From Oscillospiraceae bacterium (GTDB taxonomy: Bacteria > Bacillota > Clostridia > Oscillospirales > UBA929): a stretch of DNA of 64,000 nucleotides. How positions within the stretch are numbered: position 1 is the first letter of the stretch; each line of letters starts with the position of its first letter. Made by a program: the position numbers and the translations under genes. The DNA lies in NCBI GenBank assembly GCA_009784085.1, contig WRCJ01000001.1, positions 66 through 64,065 on the forward strand, written 5' to 3'. Of the stretch, positions 16,979 to 25,664 are shown piece after piece. The notes beneath the pieces were generated by a model. It was not told the DNA's origin and searched no databases. It saw nothing but the letters and a program-made list of their open reading frames with translations.

Positions 16979-17743
16979 TCACCTGTGTCCCGCTTCCCCC
17001 ATCGGGAGAACCACCTCCCTGTCCGCCGTCGACAGATTCCCCTCGTCGTGGTCGGCTATGATAACCGTAACCCCCGTCCCCCGTAGCCCTGCGACGTGAG
17101 CCGTCAGCCGCGCGGCGCCCTCCTCGTCCAGCTGGGAAAAGGCTTCGTCCAGCAAGAGGATGCGCGGGCGCAACGCCAACACCGCCGCCAGGACAACCAG
17201 TTGCCGCTGCCCGCCGGATAGATGCTTCGGGGAGGCTAATCTGTATGGCGCAAGCCCTGTCAGGGCAAGGCTTTCCGCGATGCGCACAGCCATTTCCCCT
17301 TTGGCAAGGCAGATGTTTTCCAGCCCGAAGGCGATTTCGTCCTCCACGGTATCGCAAAACAACTGTGTCTCCGGATCCTGGAACACGATACCCGTGGTTT
17401 GCGCCAATTCGCCCCGGGACATCTTCGATACCTGCTTGCCGAAGAGGCGGACGATCCCGGCCGTTTCGGCGTAGATGCTCCGGGGGATCAGCCCGCAGAG
17501 GCAGTGGAGCAGGGTGGATTTCCCGCTGCCCGACTCCCCGCGCACCGCAACGCATTCCCCTGCCTGAGCCGTTAGCGAAAACCCCGTCAGCAACGGAGGC
17601 CGCTGGGGGTACCGCACCGACAGGCCGTCTATCTCGACAGCCGGAACTGCGGCATCCCTGACGCGCCGCCCAGGTGGCGTATCGCATTCGTAGGGCGCGG
17701 CATCCCTGACGCGCCGACCAGGTTTGATTTGGGAAATATACAT
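16979..17743 (-). CDS. ecfA1: ECF transporter ATPase component 1
   Basis: Walker A GESGSGKST, signature LSGGQRQLVVLA and Walker B LLLDEAFSQLD. The only in-frame start upstream of the conserved beta-1 strand (VEIDGLSVRY) is ATG 17743, which puts two REP type-A cores inside the first 30 codons. Confidence 0.7.
   Translation of the reverse strand: MYISQIKPGRRVRDAAPYECDTPPGRRVRDAAVPAVEIDGLSVRYPQRPPLLTGFSLTAQAGECVAVRGESGSGKSTLLHCLCGLIPRSIYAETAGIVRLFGKQVSKMSRGELAQTTGIVFQDPETQLFCDTVEDEIAFGLENICLAKGEMAVRIAESLALTGLAPYRLASPKHLSGGQRQLVVLAAVLALRPRILLLDEAFSQLDEEGAARLTAHVAGLRGTGVTVIIADHDEGNLSTADREVVLPMGEAGHR
17649..17715 (+). repeat. Two REP-like type-A cores
   Basis: One partial core at 17649-17667 and one full core at 17694-17715 (tagggcgcggcatccctgacgcgcc). 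Confidence 0.8.
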
Positions 17744-17764
17744 TGGGTTATGTCCCTTGTATCT

Positions 17765-19069
17765 TTATAGATAGTTTTCCAAATTGAACAATACATACAA
17801 CGGCGCATTCAGTAAACCATTGTCCATTCTTAAATTTGACAATGCGGTGCGGATTGCTATTTGCGGTTTAAATTTTTCCCGATAGATTTTAAGGCTTTGT
17901 GCTTTCAGATTTTCGCCCGCTTTCACCTCAACAGGATAGATGTTCTTCTTATCGGCGAAAACAAAATCAAGCTGTGCCGTCGCGTCCGAAGTCCAATAGT
18001 AAATGCTTCTGATAAAGTCCTTTGACACAAGCTCGGATAATACGAATTGCTCCGAAAGCGCGCCCTTGTATTCCTCAAATACTTTCATATTGTCTAAAAT
18101 GGCGTCCGGCGATAATTCACTGAGCACACGGAGCAAGCCGACATCAACGTGATACAGCTTGAACGCTTTTAAGTCCTCGTAGGATTTAAGCGGCATCGCG
18201 GCTTTTGATATTCTACCTACCTTGTGAAGGAGCCCCGCGTCCAACAGCCACAGTAATGCTTCTTCATATTCTCTCGCTCTCGCGCCCTCACGCACCAATC
18301 CATATATGAATTTCTTATTTTCTTTCGCAAGCTGTGAAGGTATGCTATTCCATAAATGACGTATCTTTGGTATAACATTCGCCGGGGGGTGTTTGGAAAA
18401 GTCGTTCTCATAAGTCGCTAAAATACCAAGCTGTGTTGCTTCCAACTCTGAAAAATCCTTTGTATCAAGCCATGTGCTGACCGCACTCGGCATGCCGCCG
18501 ACAATAAAATACATCTTCAAGTAATCGGTCATCTTGTCCGTAATCGCTTTCGGCAGTTCATGCAAGCCCTCTTTGCGGACGAAATCAACCAAACCCTGCT
18601 CGTTGTTTGCCATTAAATATTCTTCAAAATTGAGCGGATATAATGTCAAGAAATCTACCTTGCCGACGGGAAAAGATGTGCCTTTGTGGAGCGCGACACC
18701 AAGCAATGAGCCTGCACAACATATAGCGTATTCCGGTGCAGTTTCCGCAAAATATTTCAGCGAGGTAAGCGCACGGGGGAGTTCCTGTACTTCGTCAAAA
18801 ATCATCAGCGTTTCCTGCGGTTTGATTTTCTTGCCGTGCAACGCTCCTAAGATTTCTATTATCCTTTGCGGTGATATGTCACCTTCAAAGGTTTCTTTTA
18901 AGTTGGGTGCTTTTTCAAAGTTGATATACAGCACATCGCTGAACTCAGTTCTGCCAAACTCTTTCAGCAACCACGTTTTACCCACTTGACGCGCGCCCTT
19001 TAATATTAACGGCAAGCGTCTTTTCTTATTCTTCCACCCAATCAGTTCTTGCATTAAAAGTCTTTGCAT
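17765..19069 (-). CDS. AAA-family ATPase of the COG1373 type (AAA_14 plus DUF4143)
   Basis: LPLILKGARQVGKTWLLKEFG, Walker B LMIFDEVQELP, and a C-terminal YYWTSDATAQLDFVF..VEVKAG block typical of DUF4143. The segment is visibly AT-rich. The start is chosen at MQRLLMQEL; the track ORF extends to 19126. Confidence 0.75.
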   Translation of the reverse strand: MQRLLMQELIGWKNKKRRLPLILKGARQVGKTWLLKEFGRTEFSDVLYINFEKAPNLKETFEGDISPQRIIEILGALHGKKIKPQETLMIFDEVQELPRALTSLKYFAETAPEYAICCAGSLLGVALHKGTSFPVGKVDFLTLYPLNFEEYLMANNEQGLVDFVRKEGLHELPKAITDKMTDYLKMYFIVGGMPSAVSTWLDTKDFSELEATQLGILATYENDFSKHPPANVIPKIRHLWNSIPSQLAKENKKFIYGLVREGARAREYEEALLWLLDAGLLHKVGRISKAAMPLKSYEDLKAFKLYHVDVGLLRVLSELSPDAILDNMKVFEEYKGALSEQFVLSELVSKDFIRSIYYWTSDATAQLDFVFADKKNIYPVEVKAGENLKAQSLKIYREKFKPQIAIRTALSNLRMDNGLLNAPLYVLFNLENYL

Positions 19070-19189
19070 ACACACCACATCACATTTTTCTAACCAAATT
19101 ATATCGGCGCAATCACGTTTTGTCAATCAATGTTTTGTGTTCCTTTCACATGTAAGTGAAATATGCCCCATTTTGGCTGTAATCAATCC

Positions 19190-22100
19190 CTACTTGAAGT
19201 AGCCCACGCCGCCCGCAAACAGCGGCTGTATCTTATCACCCGGGATGTTTTTGGCAAGATGGGGGCCATATCTCTCGGCATGGCCCATTTTGCCCAGCAC
19301 CCGCCCATCCGGGCTGGTGATCCCTTCGACGGCGCACAGGGAGCCGTTGGGATTCACTTCGATATCCATGGAGGGGATTCCCGCAGCGTCGCAATACTGG
19401 AAGGCGACCTGGCCCTGCCGGATGAGCTCCCCTATCCGCTCCTGGCTGGCCATAAAGCGGCCCTCGCCGTGGGCGATGGGGATCACATGGCGTTGCCCCA
19501 CCTCGCAACGCGACAGCCATGGCGACAACACCGAGGACACGCGCGTCGTGATATACCGCGATCGATAGCCCAGCGTGTTGTAGGTCAGCGTGGTATCCAG
19601 CCGCCCGGGGGGCAGGATATCCCCAAAGGGGACCAACCCCAGCTTGATGAGCCCTTGAAAGCCGTTGCATATGCCCAGAACCAGGCCGCTGTCGGCCAGC
19701 AGGGCGCGCACGGCCGCAGTCAGGCGGGGGTGCCGAAAGAAAGCGGCGATAAACTTGCCCGACCCGTCCGGCTCGTCCCCCGCCGAAAAGCCGCCGGGGA
19801 TAAACAAGATTTGCGCGTCCGCCAACGCCTTCGCCATGGCTTCGGCCGACTCGGCCAGTTGCGCGGGCGTCAGATTGCGCAACACCAAGACCGTGGTATC
19901 GGCGCCGGCGCGTTCCATCGCGGCCGCCGACTCGTACTCGCAGTTGGTACCCGGGAAAACAGGGATCACGGCCCGGGGCCGCGCGCCCTGTACGGGGAAT
20001 TGCCGCTTAGGGGCGCGGGCGGTGAACGCTATGGGGGGCGCCATGGGGGGCGCTTTATCCGCCGCAACCGTCCCATCGACCGTAGCCGCCGTACCCGCCC
20101 CATCAACCGCACCCGTCACCGCACCCGTAGCCGCCGCCGTAGCCGCATCCCTATCCGCGCGTCGCGCCGACTGCCGGCCATGTGTCACGCCTGTGCCCGT
20201 GGGGAACACCGACTCCAACGGCGCTTCCCACGCGGCGCGTATAGCCGTCAGGGGCAGGATGGTTTTTCCAAAGACCAGCTTGCCGGTGTCTTCCGTGCGG
20301 CCCAGCAGGACGGCGCCGGGCAGCGCGTCATCTTCGGCGGTTTCAAAAACAATCGATCCGGCGGTTTTGTCGAACCAGCTAAAATCCGTGGGCAACTCGG
20401 CGGCGCAAAACCCTATCATATTGCCCAAGCTCATCAGCAACGCCGCCCCCGCCGATCCGCCCTCGCCGGCTGTCATCGCCGACAGCACCCGCCCCTCGTT
20501 GCATAGCGCGAGAAACGCATCCCAATTGGCCAAAAGGGCGCCGTAATCTATCATCCCCATGGAATCCAGCGCCTTTGGCGCGGGCAGAAGCCATATGTTG
20601 TGACCCGCCCCCTTCCACTCGGGGGACAGCACCTGTCCGGCGGACGCTGTGGTGACGGCAAAGGAGATGAGCGTCGGCGGGACGTCCCTATCCATAAACG
20701 ATCCGGACATGGAATCCTTCCCGCCGATAGCCGCGATGCCCAAACCACATTGCGCCTCGAAGGCGCCCAACAGCGCGGCCAGGGGCAACCCCCAGCGCAC
20801 TGGATCCTCCCGCAGGCTGGGGAAGTATTCCTGCAAGGTGAGATAGGTCCCCTCGCGGGTACAACCGGCCGCCACCAAACGCGACGCCGATTCCACCACC
20901 GCCCAGCGGGCCGCGCCGAAGGGATCGCGCCTCGCCCGCTCCGGATCATAGGCGCAACTCATGACGCTACATGTGTCCGTTTCCGCCCGCGCCACCGGCA
21001 GTAAAGCGGCCATGACCTGCGTGGGCGTCAATCGATGCGCCCCGCCATGCGGCACAAGCACGGAACCCGCGCCAATCGTACTATCGAACTTCTCGACCAA
21101 TCCCTTTTGCGAGCAAAAATTCAAATCGGCCGCGAGCATCAACAGATCGGCCGCGAATTCACAATCTTCCACTTCGGAGCCAACCTCGGACCTCGCCTCG
21201 GAATCCGCCTCGGGGCCCACCTCAGGGCCCGCCTCGGGACGCCCGGCATCCTGCATTTTCAACTTTGCGCTGGGGACAAGGGCGCTTGCCGTCTTGGGTG
21301 CGCCGTTTGTACCCAGGAACTCGCGGGAGATATCCACGACGGTCTGCCCCCGCCAGCGCATGATGAGCCGCTTATCTTTGATCACCTTGGCCACGGCGGT
21401 GGCCTCCAGATTCTCGGCGCGGGCGGCCTGGTAGAAGGGGAGTACATCGCGCATCGCCACCACCACGGCCATGCGCTCCTGGGATTCCGATACAGCCAAC
21501 TCCGTGCCGTCCAGGCCCTCGTATTTCTTGGGGATCAGATCGAGATTGATCTCCAAGCCATCCGCCAGCTCGCCAATGGCCACCGACACGCCGCCCGCGC
21601 CAAAATCGTTACAGCGGCGTATCAGGCGGGCTACCTCCGGATTCCTGAACAGCCGTTGCATCTTGCGCTCCTCGGGCGGGTTGCCCTTTTGCACCTCGGC
21701 CGCGCAGGCGGTCACCGATCGTCCGTCATGGCTCTTGGACGAACCGGTGGCGCCGCCGATGCCATCCCGCCCGGTGCGGCCCCCCAGCAAGATGACCAGG
21801 TCGCCGGGCTCCGGATCCGCCCGGACAACGGACGATGCCGGCGCGGCGCCCACCACCGCCCCCAGCTCCATGCGCTTGGCAAGGAACCCGCTGTGGTAGT
21901 GTTCGCGCACAAAACCGGTGGCCAGACCGATTTGGTTGCCGTAGGAAGAATACCCCGCCGCCGCCGTGACGGTCAGTTTGCGCTGGGGCAACTTCCCGGG
22001 CAGTGTGTCTCCCACGGGGCGGCGCGGATCGCCCGCGCCGGTGACGCGCATGGCATGGTATACGTAAGCCCTCCCGGACAACGGATCCCGGATGGCGCCG

Positions 22101-23173
22101 CCGATGCAGGTTGCCGCGCCGCCAAAAGGCTCGATTTCGGTGGGATGGTTGTGGGTCTCGTTTTTGAACAGCAACAGCCAATCCTCGGGCTGGCCGTCCA
22201 CCTGGGCCGTGACGCGCACGGTGCAGGCGTTGATCTCGTCGGATTCGTCCAATCCGGGCAGTTTCCCTTGCGCTTTCAGCCATTTCATGCCGCATGTGGC
22301 GATATCCATCAAGGTCACAGGACGGTTTTTGGCATCTTCGCCGTAAATATCCCGCCTGGCGTCCCGATAGGCGTCGTAGGCGCGCCTGACCCGGGCATCC
22401 CCGATGTCGATCCGCTGTAAATGGGTGTGGAACGTGGTATGGCGGCAGTGATCCGACCAATAGGTGTCCAGCACTTTGATTTCTGTCAGTGTCGGATCGC
22501 GGTTCTCCCCGATAAAATATGCCTGTAAAAAAAGGAGGTCGGCCATGTCCATGGCCAGCCCGTGTTCGGCATGCAACGCGCGCAAGCCGTCGGCCTTATA
22601 TGCCAGGAAACCCTCCAACACGGGAACCGGTTGGGGCGGGGGATACTGCCGGCCGAGGGCGGACGGTTTGCCCGGCAATGCCAGCCCGGCTTCCACAGGG
22701 TTTATCACATAATCCGCGAGGCGACGAAACGCCCCCTCGTCCAACCCTTCCACCGCCAGCACGGTGGCGACACGCACTTCCGGCAACTCGCCGCCGGTGA
22801 TCATTTGAATGCACTGGGCGCATGAGTCGGCGCGCTGGTCGTACTGGCCAGGCAACGCTTCATACATGAGGAGCCGCACGTCCGGGGCCAGGGGCGGCAA
22901 GGATTCCAGGTAGAGGTTGTCGCACACCGGCTCGGACAGCACGGTGACCAGAGCCGTTTGGTAGTCCTGCGGCCCTATGCCTTCGATGTCGTAGCGGAGA
23001 AACAGCCGCAGCGATCGAAGGGAACCAAGCCCCAGAAAAACCGTGAAGTCTTGCCACAGCGCGCGGGCCTCCACGTCGAAGCCATTTCTTTTTTCCACAT
23101 AAGCGCGGTATACCGTATTCGCATCTATATTCATTGTCAATACCCCATTAGTAAAAGGGAGCCGTTTTGACAC
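19190..23173 (-). CDS. purL: Phosphoribosylformylglycinamidine synthase, single-chain form (PurS/PurL/PurQ fused)
   Basis: 1327 aa. Contains ETHNHPTEIEPFGGAATCIGG, a DFGAGGVSVAIGE-type AIR-synthase fold, and a C-terminal glutaminase GICNGFQ...HGEGRF. Two low-complexity inserts are present. Confidence 0.92.
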   Translation of the reverse strand: MSKRLPFTNGVLTMNIDANTVYRAYVEKRNGFDVEARALWQDFTVFLGLGSLRSLRLFLRYDIEGIGPQDYQTALVTVLSEPVCDNLYLESLPPLAPDVRLLMYEALPGQYDQRADSCAQCIQMITGGELPEVRVATVLAVEGLDEGAFRRLADYVINPVEAGLALPGKPSALGRQYPPPQPVPVLEGFLAYKADGLRALHAEHGLAMDMADLLFLQAYFIGENRDPTLTEIKVLDTYWSDHCRHTTFHTHLQRIDIGDARVRRAYDAYRDARRDIYGEDAKNRPVTLMDIATCGMKWLKAQGKLPGLDESDEINACTVRVTAQVDGQPEDWLLLFKNETHNHPTEIEPFGGAATCIGGAIRDPLSGRAYVYHAMRVTGAGDPRRPVGDTLPGKLPQRKLTVTAAAGYSSYGNQIGLATGFVREHYHSGFLAKRMELGAVVGAAPASSVVRADPEPGDLVILLGGRTGRDGIGGATGSSKSHDGRSVTACAAEVQKGNPPEERKMQRLFRNPEVARLIRRCNDFGAGGVSVAIGELADGLEINLDLIPKKYEGLDGTELAVSESQERMAVVVAMRDVLPFYQAARAENLEATAVAKVIKDKRLIMRWRGQTVVDISREFLGTNGAPKTASALVPSAKLKMQDAGRPEAGPEVGPEADSEARSEVGSEVEDCEFAADLLMLAADLNFCSQKGLVEKFDSTIGAGSVLVPHGGAHRLTPTQVMAALLPVARAETDTCSVMSCAYDPERARRDPFGAARWAVVESASRLVAAGCTREGTYLTLQEYFPSLREDPVRWGLPLAALLGAFEAQCGLGIAAIGGKDSMSGSFMDRDVPPTLISFAVTTASAGQVLSPEWKGAGHNIWLLPAPKALDSMGMIDYGALLANWDAFLALCNEGRVLSAMTAGEGGSAGAALLMSLGNMIGFCAAELPTDFSWFDKTAGSIVFETAEDDALPGAVLLGRTEDTGKLVFGKTILPLTAIRAAWEAPLESVFPTGTGVTHGRQSARRADRDAATAAATGAVTGAVDGAGTAATVDGTVAADKAPPMAPPIAFTARAPKRQFPVQGARPRAVIPVFPGTNCEYESAAAMERAGADTTVLVLRNLTPAQLAESAEAMAKALADAQILFIPGGFSAGDEPDGSGKFIAAFFRHPRLTAAVRALLADSGLVLGICNGFQGLIKLGLVPFGDILPPGRLDTTLTYNTLGYRSRYITTRVSSVLSPWLSRCEVGQRHVIPIAHGEGRFMASQERIGELIRQGQVAFQYCDAAGIPSMDIEVNPNGSLCAVEGITSPDGRVLGKMGHAERYGPHLAKNIPGDKIQPLFAGGVGYFK

Positions 23174-23188
23174 GGCCCCCCTTCGTTT

Positions 23189-23368
23189 TCACCGGAATTT
23201 CTTTTTTGCTCTGGCCGCTTCGGACTTCTTACGGCGTTTGACACTGGGACTCTCGTAGTGCTCCCTCTTGCGGAGTTCGGAAAGCACTCCGGACTTGGCG
23301 CAGCTACGCTTGAATCGCTTGAGAGCACTGTCCAGAGACTCGTTGTCTTTGACCTTAATTTCCGACAT
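23189..23368 (-). CDS. rpsU: 30S ribosomal protein S21
   Basis: Not in the ORF track (59 aa). My translation is [59 protein letters not shown], with RBS GGAGGGAGGG upstream. Confidence 0.88.
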   Translation of the reverse strand: MSEIKVKDNESLDSALKRFKRSCAKSGVLSELRKREHYESPSVKRRKKSEAARAKKKFR

Positions 23369-23501
23369 CGTTTTCCCTCCCTCCGCAATACGAGTAAATG
23401 TAATTCAGCGTTGCGTTACATAGCTTGCCCGGTGTTTTTTCGGCGTTATTTCGGCGTTTTTCCCGATGCGGGCGCGAAAACCTATGCACGAACCTTCCTC
23501 T

Positions 23502-23530
23502 ATTATATTTACTGTGCGCGGGATTGTCAA
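23502..23530 (-). promoter_or_regulatory. Consensus sigma-70 promoter (TTGACA, 17 nt spacer, TATAAT) driving rpsU
   Basis: On the minus strand, TTGACA is the complement of 23525-23530 and TATAAT the complement of 23502-23507, exactly 17 nt apart. This predicts a 5-prime leader of roughly 125 nt. Confidence 0.65.
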
Positions 23531-23579
23531 GAGCCAAGTTTGTAAACAAGTTTTGAACATGCCGCAACGGGGGTTCGGG

Positions 23580-23870
23580 CGGTGGTCGTAGGCGGTGTCA
23601 CGGGCGGTGTCACGGGCGGTGGTCGTAGGCGGTGTCACGGGCGGGGGTCCCGCCGCGTCAGGGATACCGTACCTACGGCGATCATCCCGGCGCGTCAGGG
23701 ATGCCGCGCCCTACGACGATCCACCCACCGCGTCGTTGTAGGGGACGCGCCCCCGCGCGTCCCGCCGCGCCAGGGATGCCGCCACGGGGGCGCGGGCGGT
23801 GGTCGCGGGCGGCAGGGATGCCGCGCCCTACGGCGATCCACCCCGGCGCGTCAGGGATGCCGCGCCCTAC
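23580..23870 (-). repeat. REP-like cluster: type-A cores in reverse orientation, one type-B core, and a ggtgtcacgggcgg/ggtggtcgtaggc tandem block
   Basis: Type-A reverse cores (GGCGCGTCAGGGATGCCGCGCC) lie at 23689-23710 and 23845-23866, with degenerate copies near 23652, 23765 and 23809. A type-B core gtaggggacgcgcccccgcgcgtccc lies at 23748-23773. The tandem block spans 23580-23645. Confidence 0.8.
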
Positions 23871-24547
23871 CTCCCCAACAAATCGGGGCGGCGGACACGG
23901 GTGCGTTCCAGCGATTGCGCCCTCCGCCACGCGGCGATGTCCCGATGGTGCCCGGACAGCAGGATGGCGGGGACTTCCCGGCCGCGCCAGACCTCCGGGC
24001 GGGAGTATTGCGGATACTCCAACAAGCCCTCCCAGTGGCTTTCGCCCACAAAGCAAGCCTCATCGGACAACACGCCCGGGATCAGTCGGCTCACCGCGTC
24101 GCACAGCGCGCAGGCGGGGATTTCGCCCCCGGTCAGCACGAAGTCGCCGATTGAGATCTCCTCGTCTACGCATTCCTCCACAAATCGCTCATCCACGCCT
24201 TCGTAATGCCCGCACACCAGGATGAGGTGGCTACTCTCGCGTTGCAGGCGCCGGGCATGCGCCTGATCGAACACGGCGCCTTGCGGCGACAGCAGGATGG
24301 TGCGCCCGCGCCCGGCGATTTTGACGACACGCTCCCAGCAACGGTACAGCGGCTCGGCCTGCATGATCATGCCCGGCCCCCCGCCGAAGGGGTAGTCGTC
24401 CACCTGCTTCTGTTTGTTTGTAGTGTAGTCCCGGATTTGATGCGTATGAATGGCCAAATGGCCGCGCTCGGCGGCGCGGCCAATGATGCTGGTCTTCAAC
24501 AATGCCTGTACCCCTTCGGGGAAAAGCGTTAGTATATCGAAACGCAT
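23867..24547 (-). CDS. trmD: tRNA (guanine37-N1)-methyltransferase
   Basis: MRFDILTLFPE...DDYPFGGGPGMIM...GHYEGVDER. Its stop codon TAG (complement of 23867-23869) lies in the GTAGGG flank of a REP core. Confidence 0.92.
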   Translation of the reverse strand: MRFDILTLFPEGVQALLKTSIIGRAAERGHLAIHTHQIRDYTTNKQKQVDDYPFGGGPGMIMQAEPLYRCWERVVKIAGRGRTILLSPQGAVFDQAHARRLQRESSHLILVCGHYEGVDERFVEECVDEEISIGDFVLTGGEIPACALCDAVSRLIPGVLSDEACFVGESHWEGLLEYPQYSRPEVWRGREVPAILLSGHHRDIAAWRRAQSLERTRVRRPDLLGR

Positions 24548-24553
24548 GATAAT

Positions 24554-25060
24554 TCACATTCCCTCGATAAGGCTGACCATGATGGCCCCGCGGCGCCAAT
24601 CAATGCCCTTGACAAACGCCGGGACGTTGGGAATGAGATGCTGTGCGCCCATGCCGTCGGTCACGACATAGATATCCTGTCGCCCCGGCCACACATCTGC
24701 CAGCGTCCCCACCGTCGCGCCGGACGCCTCGTCCAACACAACAAGGCCCAAGATATCCTGGATAAAAAAACGCCCCTCGGGGAGCCTGACGCCGTCCCGC
24801 CGGATGAAGACGGTTTTCCCGCGCTGCGCCTGCGCGGCGGGGATATCGTCGATGCCGGCCAGTTTGGCCAGCACAAGGCGCCTATGGACTCTGGCACTCT
24901 CCACCGTGCGGGGCTGGCCGTCGAGATGCCAGACGCCAATCCCCGCCAGGAAGGAGGGCTGGTCGCACCAAGGCTCGACGCGCACCTCCCCCCGGACGCC
25001 GTGTGTCCCCACAATGCGCCCAGCCGCCAAAAACTCATCTTTCAATGCAATTTCTTTCAA
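24554..25060 (-). CDS. rimM: 16S rRNA processing protein RimM
   Basis: GRIVGTHGVRGEVRVEPW.., plus its position between the KH protein and trmD. Confidence 0.88.
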   Translation of the reverse strand: MKEIALKDEFLAAGRIVGTHGVRGEVRVEPWCDQPSFLAGIGVWHLDGQPRTVESARVHRRLVLAKLAGIDDIPAAQAQRGKTVFIRRDGVRLPEGRFFIQDILGLVVLDEASGATVGTLADVWPGRQDIYVVTDGMGAQHLIPNVPAFVKGIDWRRGAIMVSLIEGM

Positions 25061-25065
25061 TGCAA

Positions 25066-25299
25066 CTATTCCGCGATGACCACCATGACTTTTTTGCCAT
25101 AGCGTTGCCCGACTGTCTTGAGGATCGTACGTATTTCACGGACAATCCTCCCTTGGCGGCCAATCACCTTGCCCATGTCCTCGGAAGCCACCCTGAGCGT
25201 GAGCGTCACCACGCCGTCGCGCTCGACCTCGTCGATGGAAACCTCGTCTGGCTTGTCCACCAAGTTTTTGGCAATATACTCAAGAAGATCTTTCATCAT
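25066..25299 (-). CDS. KH-domain RNA-binding protein (YlqC/UPF0109)
   Basis: MKDLLEYIAKNLVDKPDEVSIDE...GKVIGRQGRIVREIRTIL. RBS GAGGGAGAGG is upstream. The track ORF start at 25380 is rejected. Confidence 0.82.
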   Translation of the reverse strand: MMKDLLEYIAKNLVDKPDEVSIDEVERDGVVTLTLRVASEDMGKVIGRQGRIVREIRTILKTVGQRYGKKVMVVIAE

Positions 25300-25310
25300 G
25301 CCTCTCCCTC

Positions 25311-25550
25311 TTACAGTACGCCTGCGTGTTTCAGCAAGGTTTTCACCGTATCGGTAGGCTGTGCACCGGTGCGGATCCACTCCAACGCGCGCTCCGCGTT
25401 CACATGGATCTCAGACGGCTCCTTCAACGGATCATAGGTGCCGATTTCCTCAATAAAACGGCCGTCGCGGGGATAGCGGGAATCAGCCACCACAATACGG
25501 TAATACGGGGCCTTTTTAGCGCCTATCCGTTTGAGTCTCAGTTTAACCAT
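25311..25550 (-). CDS. rpsP: 30S ribosomal protein S16
   Basis: [41 protein letters not shown], with RBS GGAGGTG upstream. Confidence 0.92.
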   Translation of the reverse strand: MVKLRLKRIGAKKAPYYRIVVADSRYPRDGRFIEEIGTYDPLKEPSEIHVNAERALEWIRTGAQPTDTVKTLLKHAGVL

Positions 25551-25664
25551 TACCTTCACCTCCAAAGTTTAGTCCCATAAGAATTAGTCCCATAAGATTA
25601 GTCATATTAGTTTCGTCCCATAAGATATTACAAAAAATGTCTTTATGCTATTTTTTGCTATTTA

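Noticed and set aside
16122-17687. 521-aa ORF that looks like a fused double ABC ATPase
   Set aside because: Its first roughly 250 residues are an out-of-frame reading across ecfA1 (no Walker motifs, Arg/Gly-rich). The real second ATPase starts at ATG 16931, and ecfA1 is the separate frame 16979-17743.
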